A DNA stretch of 56,265 bases from a bacterium (GTDB lineage Bacteria; Patescibacteriota; Microgenomatia; Curtissbacterales; GWA2-41-24), in assembly GCA_021813125.1 (NCBI GenBank), contig JAKALT010000006.1, forward strand, positions 1-56,265, written 5' to 3'. The notes below the pieces were generated by a model. The model made no database searches. It was not told where the DNA came from and saw nothing but the letters and a program-made list of their open reading frames with translations. The stretch's first letter is position 1, and the number at the start of each line of letters is the position of its first letter. Below, in pieces: positions 16,175 through 26,200 of the stretch. Both the position numbers and the translations under genes were made by a program.

Positions 16175-16354
16175 TTACCTGAAAAGCGCTTTAGCTTCTT
16201 TTTTGGTTATCTTTTCCCCTTCAAGCTTCATTGTGCGATAAAGAATCTCCGGAAAGAACTTACTACTATTTGGTTTTTTACCACTAATAATATAACGCTC
16301 CCTGTAACGCTTAAAAGCTTTTAACAAACTTCTGTTTTTTTTGTTGCCGGTCAT
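16175..16354 (-). CDS. 59-aa ORF, candidate class-I Fic antitoxin (VbhA-like); absent from the ORF track
   Basis: Encodes MTGNKKNRSLLKAFKRYRERYIISGKKPNSSKFFPEILYRTMKLEGEKITKKEAKALFR. It contains TMKLEG, which fits the (S/T)xxxE(G/N) inhibitory motif. Its stop is 17 nt upstream of the Fic start. Confidence 0.5.
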   Translation of the reverse strand: MTGNKKNRSLLKAFKRYRERYIISGKKPNSSKFFPEILYRTMKLEGEKITKKEAKALFR

Positions 16355-16414
16355 ATGAGCCTATTATACCTTATTCCCCACCCTGTACAGCAGTTCACGC
16401 CAAAAATATTCCTT

Positions 16415-18046
16415 TTACTTTTGCTTGCCCAGATTAGCTTCAAAGTTCAGCCTATCCAAATACTCCGGTTTTATTTCATAAATGTCTGCAAACGGAAAAC
16501 TCTGCACTTTATCGTAGTCGTTTTTGAACCCGACCGTATTTTTAATAAGTTTGTAGGTCTGGTCGTTCTCGTCATAAGTCCTCATAACAATCCACCTTGC
16601 CCAGTGTTCCGGCCCGGTCGTTGCACTTTCCCAATAAGCACCCGTACCCTCATGGATAAAACGCTTCATCGGCAACCCGGACGAAAAGATAATGGCATCG
16701 TGTGAAGCAGCAGAAATCAGCACAAACCCTTTTTCATCTTTGGCATTAGCCCTAAGCCACCCACTGACCTCACTGACATTTTTCTGGGAAGATCCAACCC
16801 GCGCGTCATCGATTGTCACCGCATCAACGCTTGTAAAAGCAAAAAACGTCACAAATAAGAGCAAACCGATAATTACCCATCTGAAGCTCTTGAGCTTGTC
16901 TATAAGAAACCCTACCAGAATCGCTATAGTCGGCATCATCATCACCCCGTAGCGGACGTTAAACCAAGTATTTCCCGAAAGCCCCTGGATAAAAAGGACC
17001 GAAAAACCAAAATAAAGCGCCAAGATGTTAAAGGCCAAAGGTGCCATCAGGGCACTTGCACCAAACTTGACACTCTCTTTTACCTTGTCGTTTAAAAAGA
17101 ATAAGACTGCCCCGATCGCCCCAAACGCCAAAGTCAACGCACCTGTGCTGTATATCAACGCAAAAAAATAGATCTTGGCAGAAAGCCACAAATTACCCTT
17201 GGTCGCCAAATTTCCGGCTTCCAGAAGCTGTTCCTGCTGGGCATGCGCCGAATACGGCCCGAAAGCAAAATATAAGGGGTCTTCAAAAATTGCCAGGTTC
17301 CACAAGAACCACAATCCTGCCCCAAAAGCAGCCAAGGTCCCAAAAAATATCAAGGTCCCCTCCGCTGCCCTGTAACCTTTTTTCTTAAAAACATGGTAGA
17401 CAATCAAACCCGAAGCCCACATTAAAAGAAACCAGCCGTCGTATCGAACTAAGGTTGAAAGTGCGATCCAGAATGCCGCCTTAATAAGCCTAAAAATCTT
17501 GTCGGAAACGTGCCACATTACCAGCTCGTATACTCCAACGGTCATCGTAAAAAGTAAGAGAAGCTCCGTCATTGCCGTTGACTGCAAATATAAAACGTTC
17601 AAATTAAGGGCAAAAACAAAAACTCCCGTTAACCGTCCCAGCATTCCTACGCCGAGATTTTTCAAAAAGCGGTAGATAATAAGCCCGGTTCCAACATACG
17701 AAACCATCGAAACAATAGCGCCCGCCAGGCCCGAATGCCACAGAAAGTCGTTCCAGACAAACGGAATCATCAAAGCGTGAGGCAACGGAAGCCAAACGGA
17801 CCCAAGCTGCGCCAAACCAGGCTTCAAACCCTCGACTACCCTTCTTGCAATATCCAAATGAGACCTGGCGTCGTTATACGAAAGCCCGAGACCATTCTTG
17901 TAGTAATAAATGAAAGTAAAAATGCTAATCAAAGAAAGCAGCAAAAGTACTGCGGAAAAAATATATTTATCCAGCCTGTCATTTATTCTTTTTACGAAAC
18001 TATTGACAAGTAGTAATTCCAAGCTACCGTTTTCTATTTTTATCAT
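16415..18046 (-). CDS. GT-C fold membrane glycosyltransferase (GT39/ArnT-PMT-like)
   Basis: ~12 TM helices. First loop YNDARSHLDIARRV is typical of polyprenyl-phosphate-sugar dependent GT-C enzymes. Soluble C-terminal domain. Confidence 0.6.
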   Translation of the reverse strand: MIKIENGSLELLLVNSFVKRINDRLDKYIFSAVLLLLSLISIFTFIYYYKNGLGLSYNDARSHLDIARRVVEGLKPGLAQLGSVWLPLPHALMIPFVWNDFLWHSGLAGAIVSMVSYVGTGLIIYRFLKNLGVGMLGRLTGVFVFALNLNVLYLQSTAMTELLLLFTMTVGVYELVMWHVSDKIFRLIKAAFWIALSTLVRYDGWFLLMWASGLIVYHVFKKKGYRAAEGTLIFFGTLAAFGAGLWFLWNLAIFEDPLYFAFGPYSAHAQQEQLLEAGNLATKGNLWLSAKIYFFALIYSTGALTLAFGAIGAVLFFLNDKVKESVKFGASALMAPLAFNILALYFGFSVLFIQGLSGNTWFNVRYGVMMMPTIAILVGFLIDKLKSFRWVIIGLLLFVTFFAFTSVDAVTIDDARVGSSQKNVSEVSGWLRANAKDEKGFVLISAASHDAIIFSSGLPMKRFIHEGTGAYWESATTGPEHWARWIVMRTYDENDQTYKLIKNTVGFKNDYDKVQSFPFADIYEIKPEYLDRLNFEANLGKQK

Positions 18047-19525
18047 CTACTTTGTCCTTTCGGGTAAGAATAAGGTTAAACCGGCGGCCGCGATAATTGA
18101 AACGAAAATAGATATGTAAAAAACCTCAAGCGTTAAAATAGAAGACAAGTAGGTTTTGTAAAAAAACGAACTGCTGAGACCTTTTTGATAAAGATCCCAA
18201 TTCAAGAGGTAATTCCATTTCATTCCTAGTGCGACAGCTTCAACTTTTGGCGGCACCTGGTTGGTTGTTAATGCCCCTAATAGGTTGATAGCTACCCCCC
18301 AAGCGAAAAGTAAAATAAATGCCAGTTTAAACAAAATTTTTTCTCTGAAAATATCCACGGCCTGTCCGATAAAAACAGCCGCAAAAGCAAATAGCGGTAT
18401 TAGATATCTTGGGCCAAATGCCCACCCCCCCCACGGGTCTCCCCACATCGTATACAAAACAAAAATAAAAAGTATCGTGCCCAAAACAGCCACTGATTCA
18501 TTGTATTTTTTCTTTATAAGCTGACATACCCCCAATATTCCAATCAAAATTATTGGCGCGTAATATATTGTTCCGCGGTCTTCGTTAAAAACCAAAGTCG
18601 CAAAACCGTTTGTCATCCTTCGGGTGTTAAAAAACCTTGAAGTGTCTTTCTGAGTTGATAACGTTTTGATAATTGGTGCGTTGTTTTGGTCAAAATCTTT
18701 AATTGATGTTAGGGTTCCCGACAATTGGAAAGGCCTTGCAAAAACCGCAAGGCTATAAAGTGAATAAGCGCCCAAAGCAACAACAATCCCGACAGCAGCA
18801 AAAAGGTACCTAGCATTTAAAAAGATCCTCGTAAATGTCTTATCTTTTTGCACATTAAGTATGCTTTGGATTGCATAAAAAATCAGTGGTATAAAAAATA
18901 TCGGGTTTTGGGAATCTATCCAAAACGAAAACCCCGCCAAAAAGGCCGCAATCCCAAAGCGCAAGACACTTTTTTTGCCAAACAAAAGTGCGGCTGTTGC
19001 AAGCAGCAAAAACGTCGTAGTCTGGTGCTGGTAGTAAGAAACGCTATAGACAAAGGAAGTCGTCGCAAATAAATAACTTAATCCACCCAAAACTGCACCC
19101 CTAAAAGAAATTCCAAGCTGTTTACATATTTTTAATATTAAGAGGAAATTCAAAACCGCAAAAAAAGCCGGCATCCCAAAAGTAAAAACCTGAGCTAAAT
19201 TAAAACCTGCTCCTAGTAAATAAAAAGGTACACCCAACATCGACAATCCGGGCGAAACAAGAAGCGTGTATTTACCTTTATAAAACCCCAAATCCGGCGT
19301 CACAATCCTGGCAATATCGTGTTTAAGGAAAAAACTGTGATCCTCGGCAAGTGACATTGTTAAAGCGTACCTTCCCCTTTCGGGCGAAAGCTCAAACGGC
19401 TGGCCCATAAAGCGCTGGTTGTCATAAATATTAGATGGGGTCGGATTGCCGTAATTGCCTTTTATAGTAAAAGCAAAAATAATTGAAACAAATAGTACCA
19501 AAATAAAAATGATTAGTTTTTTCAT
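18047..19525 (-). CDS. polytopic membrane protein, second GT-C-like glycosyltransferase
   Basis: ~12 TM helices with architecture like the adjacent gene. It abuts the 16415 gene with no gap. Confidence 0.5.
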   Translation of the reverse strand: MKKLIIFILVLFVSIIFAFTIKGNYGNPTPSNIYDNQRFMGQPFELSPERGRYALTMSLAEDHSFFLKHDIARIVTPDLGFYKGKYTLLVSPGLSMLGVPFYLLGAGFNLAQVFTFGMPAFFAVLNFLLILKICKQLGISFRGAVLGGLSYLFATTSFVYSVSYYQHQTTTFLLLATAALLFGKKSVLRFGIAAFLAGFSFWIDSQNPIFFIPLIFYAIQSILNVQKDKTFTRIFLNARYLFAAVGIVVALGAYSLYSLAVFARPFQLSGTLTSIKDFDQNNAPIIKTLSTQKDTSRFFNTRRMTNGFATLVFNEDRGTIYYAPIILIGILGVCQLIKKKYNESVAVLGTILFIFVLYTMWGDPWGGWAFGPRYLIPLFAFAAVFIGQAVDIFREKILFKLAFILLFAWGVAINLLGALTTNQVPPKVEAVALGMKWNYLLNWDLYQKGLSSSFFYKTYLSSILTLEVFYISIFVSIIAAAGLTLFLPERTK

Positions 19526-19533
19526 CGAATTAT

Positions 19534-20460
19534 TTATTTTCTGATAAAACTTAAGCTTTTCGTGCTAGTGGATAAATCCCAACCGTATTTATTGTATCCA
19601 TATTTTTTAATTTTCAAACTAATCCTAACAAAGGTTTCTAAACAAAAATAGACAACAGAAAGCATTGGTGACTTCAACATAGCTTTCATTGCTGATGCCA
19701 ACAACTTTTTTTTGGGAACCAAGTACAAAGCTGAAATATCGGCATCAAAATATCTTTGCAAATTTATTTTTGCAGACAAAAAGCGTCTGTGCTGTTTAAA
19801 GTAATCACGAATATTGGTAGGGTTTTGGTAATGCACAAGCGCATCCTCAGCAAAAACAAAATTCAAGCCAAGCAAATAATTTTTGATATAAATAAAATCA
19901 TCAATACCGTAAAGGTTCGAGGGCACAATTAAATTTTTGTATAACCTAGATGACATTGCCGAGATAGTTCCGTGATGATTATGGATATTTTCACCATTAT
20001 TGATGGTCTTTTTAGAATTGTGCCAAATATCATCCCCTAGCATATGAACTTTCTCGATAAAGGTACCTGTAGAAATTGCTTTTCGAAAACCTCCTACCAA
20101 TCCAACATTGCTTCCAAATTTTTTTATTAAATTTGCAATAACCAGTTCATTAGCGAGTATTACATCCGCGTCAAACTTGATAAGAATATCACTTTCACTA
20201 ATATTAAATGCTTCATTTAACCTAAATGCTAAGCCTCGCCTTTTGTTATGTTTTAACAAAATTATTCTTTTATCTTTTATACTTTCAATACTAAAAACTG
20301 TAGAATCCGTACTTCCATCCGATATAACTATTATTTTTTCAATTTTGAAACCTAATTCTTTTTGCACAAGAATAGATTCCAGAAAACGTTTTATATTCGC
20401 CTCTTCATTGTAAGCGGAAACGGCAACTGTTACTGTCGGTTTTATATTAGCCATATACAA
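19534..20460 (-). CDS. family 2 glycosyltransferase
   Basis: VTVAVSAYNEEANIKRFLESILVQ...IIVISDGSTDST...FDADV. Confidence 0.85.
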   Translation of the reverse strand: MYMANIKPTVTVAVSAYNEEANIKRFLESILVQKELGFKIEKIIVISDGSTDSTVFSIESIKDKRIILLKHNKRRGLAFRLNEAFNISESDILIKFDADVILANELVIANLIKKFGSNVGLVGGFRKAISTGTFIEKVHMLGDDIWHNSKKTINNGENIHNHHGTISAMSSRLYKNLIVPSNLYGIDDFIYIKNYLLGLNFVFAEDALVHYQNPTNIRDYFKQHRRFLSAKINLQRYFDADISALYLVPKKKLLASAMKAMLKSPMLSVVYFCLETFVRISLKIKKYGYNKYGWDLSTSTKSLSFIRK

Positions 20461-22291
20461 CCTTCTTTGAACTTTTAGAGATATCCCAAATCGACGAATA
20501 ATTTCTTTTTCTCAAAAAAAGTACCCTTACATACAAGTTGACTAAAACATAGCCCATTAAAACTACCGGATTGGAAATTGCGGAAATGGCTCCAACCTTA
20601 AGATAAACACCCAGGGGAATTTTGTAACTTGCATTAGTTACTCCCCTGTATTCATTTTCGATCTTTTGCCTCCCTGCCATAAATCTCAAACTTTGCTTAA
20701 TATGGTCATTTATGTTTGTTGGCGAACGGAAAACCACTTTTGCCTGTTCACTGTATACAAATTTATAACCTTTGTTTGTACAAAAAAGATAAGAATATGC
20801 ATCCTCCGGGAAACCGTTTGGCCAAATGATTTTTTTATAAAGATCCTTTCTTATTGCTCTTCCGCGGCCATGGCACGAATAGATGTTATTTCCTCCGTCT
20901 ATCTGCCTATAAAGTCTTTTTTTAATTTCATGGCTTCCGGCAATTATTCCCTCAAAAAAGGTTTTCGACTCGGAACTTATCGTGTCTGCCCCCACGAGTC
21001 CGACACTTTTGTCATAAATAACAGGCTCAATTATCCTATCCAAAAAGTCATTTGCATAAGGCAGGACATCACCGTTCAAAAGGACTAAAACATCCCCTGA
21101 TGCATGCTTCGTAATATTATTTTGACTTGCCGCCTGGCCCATTCTTTTTTGATGAACAATCAACCTGACTTTTTTACTTCCGGATGACTCTACAATCAAA
21201 TTGGTCTTATCCGGACTGCCATCCGAAACAACAATAATCTCCTTCAAATAACCTTTCGTTATCTTTTGCTTTTGTAAGGATTTAAGAAGCTGCCCGATAT
21301 TCTCCTCCTCGTTATACGCAGGTATCCCAACAGAAATAGAGGGTTTTCCCCTCGTAAACCGTCCTATCATCGGATGATTAACAACTAACGTTTTAGATGA
21401 ACTGTAAATTTCATGGAGTGCGGAAAAAGCCGACCGTCTCAAAACTGCAATACGATTTGTTACCAGCTCACCTAAAAATAGTGTTGTCCAAACCGGCTTT
21501 TTTTTAAAATTGCCCACTAGATGCCTCAAAACAAAGGTTGGAGAAATCATATATTCAGCTTGCAGCCAAGATTTAGGGAAATGCGCTTCAAGCGCAACCT
21601 TCCCCCCTATAAACTTTTTAACTTGCTTTTTGCGGTCGGAAAATGTCGTTACATTCCTCATGTAAGCCCGCGCTTTAGGGTTTCTAATCATCGCCAACCC
21701 TAATTCTTTGAGCCTGAAATATGTATACGCATCTTCGGGAACATGCTTTGGCCATCGGAATTTTTCTATAAATTGCCTTGACATTGCCTTCATGGAATGG
21801 CCGCCGGCCGTGTAAACGTTTATACCTTTTTTCCAATCGGCAAAAAGCCCCCTCTTAAATTCCAGTCCGTGGAACAGAATTCTTTCGTAAAAACCCTGAG
21901 GCCCAACAGGTAAACCTTGGCCGATTACCATACCCAAATTTGAAATACTTTTGGTAAAAGGCTTTACCAGCTCAGCCAGCACTTTATCGTCTGCAAGTAA
22001 AATATCTGCCTCAATTACCGCCAAAACATCTCCTTTGAAAGTCTCAAGCAGTTGGTTCTGCCTAACTTGCTGGCCAAGCCTGCGCTTACCCTCAATAAGT
22101 TTGACAAGACCCCTTCTATAACTTTTAACAAGCTCGTTTGTAGAATCCGTACTGCCGTCGGAAACAACAATAATCTCAACAAGCCGGAATCCGTCCTGTT
22201 TTTGCCTAAGCAAAGAATCCAAAAGGTAGGTAATATTCTCTGCTTCATTGTATGCCGGAACACCGACAGAAAGTGTAATTTTATTTTTCAT
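20447..22291 (-). CDS. tandem double GT2 glycosyltransferase
   Basis: Two copies of the GT2 signature: LSVGVPAYNEAENI...VVSDGSTDST and ISVGIPAYNEEENI...VVSDGSPDKT. Confidence 0.85.
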   Translation of the reverse strand: MKNKITLSVGVPAYNEAENITYLLDSLLRQKQDGFRLVEIIVVSDGSTDSTNELVKSYRRGLVKLIEGKRRLGQQVRQNQLLETFKGDVLAVIEADILLADDKVLAELVKPFTKSISNLGMVIGQGLPVGPQGFYERILFHGLEFKRGLFADWKKGINVYTAGGHSMKAMSRQFIEKFRWPKHVPEDAYTYFRLKELGLAMIRNPKARAYMRNVTTFSDRKKQVKKFIGGKVALEAHFPKSWLQAEYMISPTFVLRHLVGNFKKKPVWTTLFLGELVTNRIAVLRRSAFSALHEIYSSSKTLVVNHPMIGRFTRGKPSISVGIPAYNEEENIGQLLKSLQKQKITKGYLKEIIVVSDGSPDKTNLIVESSGSKKVRLIVHQKRMGQAASQNNITKHASGDVLVLLNGDVLPYANDFLDRIIEPVIYDKSVGLVGADTISSESKTFFEGIIAGSHEIKKRLYRQIDGGNNIYSCHGRGRAIRKDLYKKIIWPNGFPEDAYSYLFCTNKGYKFVYSEQAKVVFRSPTNINDHIKQSLRFMAGRQKIENEYRGVTNASYKIPLGVYLKVGAISAISNPVVLMGYVLVNLYVRVLFLRKRNYSSIWDISKSSKKVVYG

Positions 22292-22292
22292 G

Positions 22293-23216
22293 TTAAATAA
22301 CCCGTTTTGAAGATTGAACCGCCTCCCATAAACCTTTTTCTATCAAGGGGTCTTTCTTGGGCGGGATTCTACGGATAATAATGTGGAACATGATGGCCAT
22401 TGGCACCCAAAATGGGCTCATCAGAAAAGCCCTCATTGCTCCCGTTATCTTATGCATGGCAGGTACTTTATAAAGTTCGTATGTCCAGTCCCCGAAGTAC
22501 TCGGCAACCCGCCTGTTGGCATTTGTGAAGCGCCTGAACTGCTTCAGCCTGTCCCTTATATTGCTGGGAGACCGGAAAAGTACAGTTGCATCTTTCGCAA
22601 ATCTATAGCTTTTACCCGCTAAATAAGCCTTAAAAAATAAATACCTTTTGAGTGGAAAGTTTCCCTTGGGACAATTTAGCGTTTTCGCAAAATTCCTCCT
22701 CAGTGCAAACGCACAAGAACTGAAATTGTAAAAATTATGGCCGCCTTCATAATTCCTATACATCTCTTGCCGCAACATAAACAGTGTATTTATAAACTTT
22801 TCTGTAATACCCTCCGCCTCGGCAGGTTTTTTGTTGAAGCAAACCAAATTAACCCTTGGATCCCCAAACTTCGAAACCAGCTTTGCCAATACATACTCAT
22901 TTTCTAAGACAACATCACCATCCATAAGCACTAAAACATCACTCGTGTTGAGCCTGTAAAGTTTATTCAACCTGACGGTTTTTCCTAAACGCTTACCGTC
23001 GGAAATCAGGCAGACATTTTTATTTTCTGCCGAAATCTTATTAACTTTCTCATCCGTATCGTCAAAGGAGCCGTCGCTCATTACATATACTTTCTGAATA
23101 ACAAAACCTGTCTTTCGCTGTGACAAAACCGAGCGCAATAAATTCTCGATATTCAAACCTTCATTGTAAGCCGGTATACCTACTGCTACTGTAAACTTAT
23201 GATTTGTTTTACTCAT
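22293..23216 (-). CDS. family 2 glycosyltransferase
   Basis: FTVAVGIPAYNEGLNIENLLRSVLSQ...VMSDGSFDDT...MDGDV. Confidence 0.85.
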   Translation of the reverse strand: MSKTNHKFTVAVGIPAYNEGLNIENLLRSVLSQRKTGFVIQKVYVMSDGSFDDTDEKVNKISAENKNVCLISDGKRLGKTVRLNKLYRLNTSDVLVLMDGDVVLENEYVLAKLVSKFGDPRVNLVCFNKKPAEAEGITEKFINTLFMLRQEMYRNYEGGHNFYNFSSCAFALRRNFAKTLNCPKGNFPLKRYLFFKAYLAGKSYRFAKDATVLFRSPSNIRDRLKQFRRFTNANRRVAEYFGDWTYELYKVPAMHKITGAMRAFLMSPFWVPMAIMFHIIIRRIPPKKDPLIEKGLWEAVQSSKRVI

Positions 23217-23218
23217 AT

Positions 23219-26200
23219 TTATGCCATCTGTTTATAAATCAGAGCGGAAAACCTTGCGGCGTTTTTCTCCCACCGAAAATTTCTTGCCCAAATTAAGCCA
23301 AAATCCCCAAAATCTTTGCGGAGGTTATCGTCTTTTATCAGTAATGTGATTTTTTCGGCAAATTTCGAAGCATCCCCCCAGGGGACCAGAAATCCGTTAT
23401 GTGGGTTTTTAACGGAATCACAAAGACCCGGAACATTGGAAGCCACAACCGGTGTCCCGCTGGCATTTGCCTCAATTATTGTAATACCCCAGCCTTCAAT
23501 CATCGAAGGCTGGGCGAGAACCCAGGCCCTTGCCAAAAGATCCGCTTTTGTACTCTCTGAAATCTTGCCGACAAATTTAACAACACCCGATAAATTCAAA
23601 TCCCGGACAAGCTGTTCCAGTTGGGGCCTGCTTTCCCCATCTCCCGCAATAGTAAGCGTGGCATTTGGAACATCCTGGACCATCCCTTTAATCGCACGGA
23701 TAAGAACATCAACAGATTTGTATGGCTTAAGCCGACCCAAATAGAGGACACTGGGGTCTTTTGATTTTTGCATTCGTTTGAATTTGGAAAGGTCTACTCC
23801 GGGATTGATAACCTCAATCGGATGCACCTTACCAAAACCAATTGCCTCCATTGCAGCTTTTGATGAATTGGAAACTGTCACCATCTGCACGTTTCTGTAA
23901 ACAAACGGCATCAGAGTCCCTTCCAAAAACTGGGCTAGTTTGGCAAAAGGATAAGCCAAGTGTTTGCGAAAAACTTCCTGGTGGACATGGTGCACAAGCC
24001 CTATTACCGGTTTCCTGACATATAGAGGTGTAAAAAACGGTATGCCGTTTTCCGAATCGATAATTACGTCGAATTTATTCCTGAACTTGAATATGTAGTA
24101 TAAAAATGCCCATGCGTAAACTGTATAAAATCCGCCCCGGCGCACAATATTGACCCCTTCAATTATTTCATTCGGCATATTGTGCCTGTCATTTCCGCAA
24201 AACAGCGTCACGGAATTTCCGCTATCGACAAGACGCTTGGAAATTTCGTGAATGTAAACCTCGGAACCCCCTCCCCAAACATGTTTTGTATCCCGCCAAT
24301 TGAATACCAAAACATTCAAGCCTCCATCCGCAACTGGCACACCGGTAGGAATTGGTGCAAACAGCCCAAATAAATCTGTCAAATTTTGAAACATCGTCTT
24401 TAGAGGCTCATAGAAAAAATGCAAAAGCAAAACGATCGCCAAATTCAGAGCACCAACGACAGATACAACCTGTACAATTTCCAACAGCCCGTTATGGTGA
24501 AGCGAGATTCCAACAATCTGGCTAAGCGCCAAAACAAAACTGGCCGTGGGGAAAATGTGTTTATGCTTTACCTGATAAAAGTTGACTATCCTTGCAGCAA
24601 CCGTAAAGGCTAAAATTCCAAACCCGTAGAGTGGAAGTAAATATTCAACAGGTTGTACTTTGGCACCGATCAAAAGCTCTCCCGTTTCAAAACCGAACAG
24701 GCCGACTACTAGATATGCAAGCGTGCTTGATATGGCCGAGGCCAAAAACAACTTGTAAAAAGCCTTTTTGCTGTCCCTTTTTGCACCTTCTTCACGGCTA
24801 ATTATCGGGGTAATAAATTGGCCAAATAAGCCGCCGACAAAAAAGATCATCTTGCCAAACAAGGCCAAAATGGCATACTGCCCGGCTTCGGTAGGGCTAA
24901 GAAAAACTTTTGCCAAAATCACGTCAAAGCTTAAAAAGGCCAATATCGAAAATTCGGAAAAAGCTGAAGTTACAAAAAAATGAAATGGAAATTTAACAGA
25001 CTTTTGCCTGGCTTCATTCACTAACTTCCCCTTGATTAAACTGGCAAAAATCCAGGCAAAAACTGAAGTAATTGCAATAGAACCCGGAATAGCCGCATAT
25101 ACAAATTGAGGAAAACCAAGCGAGACCAGTAACCAGCTGATAACAAATTTAGAAATAGCGGCAGTCACCATTAAACCCGCATAGATAACAAACTTCATGT
25201 TGCCGTATAGAAAACCTATATCGACAGCCGAAACGATGCCAACAAACCAAACAGGAGCAAATAGGGCAAACGGCAAGACAGATTGGGATTTAAAGACAGG
25301 CGCAAAAACAGGCGTGAACACAAGCCATACAAAAGTTGCAACTAGGCCAATCGTTACAACTCTCCTGCGGACTGCTTGCCAAAATGCCACAAGCGCAGTT
25401 TCGTACTCGCCTAAATAATGGGCACTCTTATGGGTAACTGTCCTCGAAAGACTGTTGAACGGGATAGTTACAATAAACAAAAAACTGCCGACCAGACTCA
25501 CTAACCCAAACTCTTCTACAGAAACTACCCTGCCCAGATAAGCGTTATAGGCAAAGTTGAAAATGTTACCTACAACCGAGGCTGCAATCAAAATTCCACC
25601 TGCGGTTTTTCCTGACGTCATAAGTCCCCGCAGCTTTTCTATCATTGGCGAACCAAGATAAACCGGCTGGGCTTTTATAGCCTGCTCTTGGGCAGCAACT
25701 GCCTCTTCCTCAGCAGCCAAATGCAGGCCGTGCACCGTCTTTTCCCAAAAATGCGGCTTAAAGATTAGTTGGTAAAGTGCCTTTACTCCCGCCACCGAAA
25801 CCGCCAGCCAATAGAAAGGCACAAGAAATACGTATTTCATCAAACTCCACTGCTCCCTTTTGGCACAGCCAATCATGTAGTAATAGACAAAAAGGAAATT
25901 GCCAAAAACCAAAGAAATACCGGCCATGTAGAAAATGTACGAAGGGTACAAAGCCTCAATTGTCGGCCCTACTATCGCATTTAGCGCAAAGTAAGAAATC
26001 GTTGCAGCCCAAAGGATTGGGTTAATAAAAATAAAGGCAATCTTGCCGCCGACTACAAGTTGAAAAATAAACGCGTGGATGCCGTTTTCGCGCACGAAAT
26101 CAACCGGGTTTCGCATGTGGACCAGATAAGTCTGCATGTAACCCTTAATCCAGCGCGACCTTTGCCTTATCCAATTGAAAATATCGCTGTTTGCCTCCTC

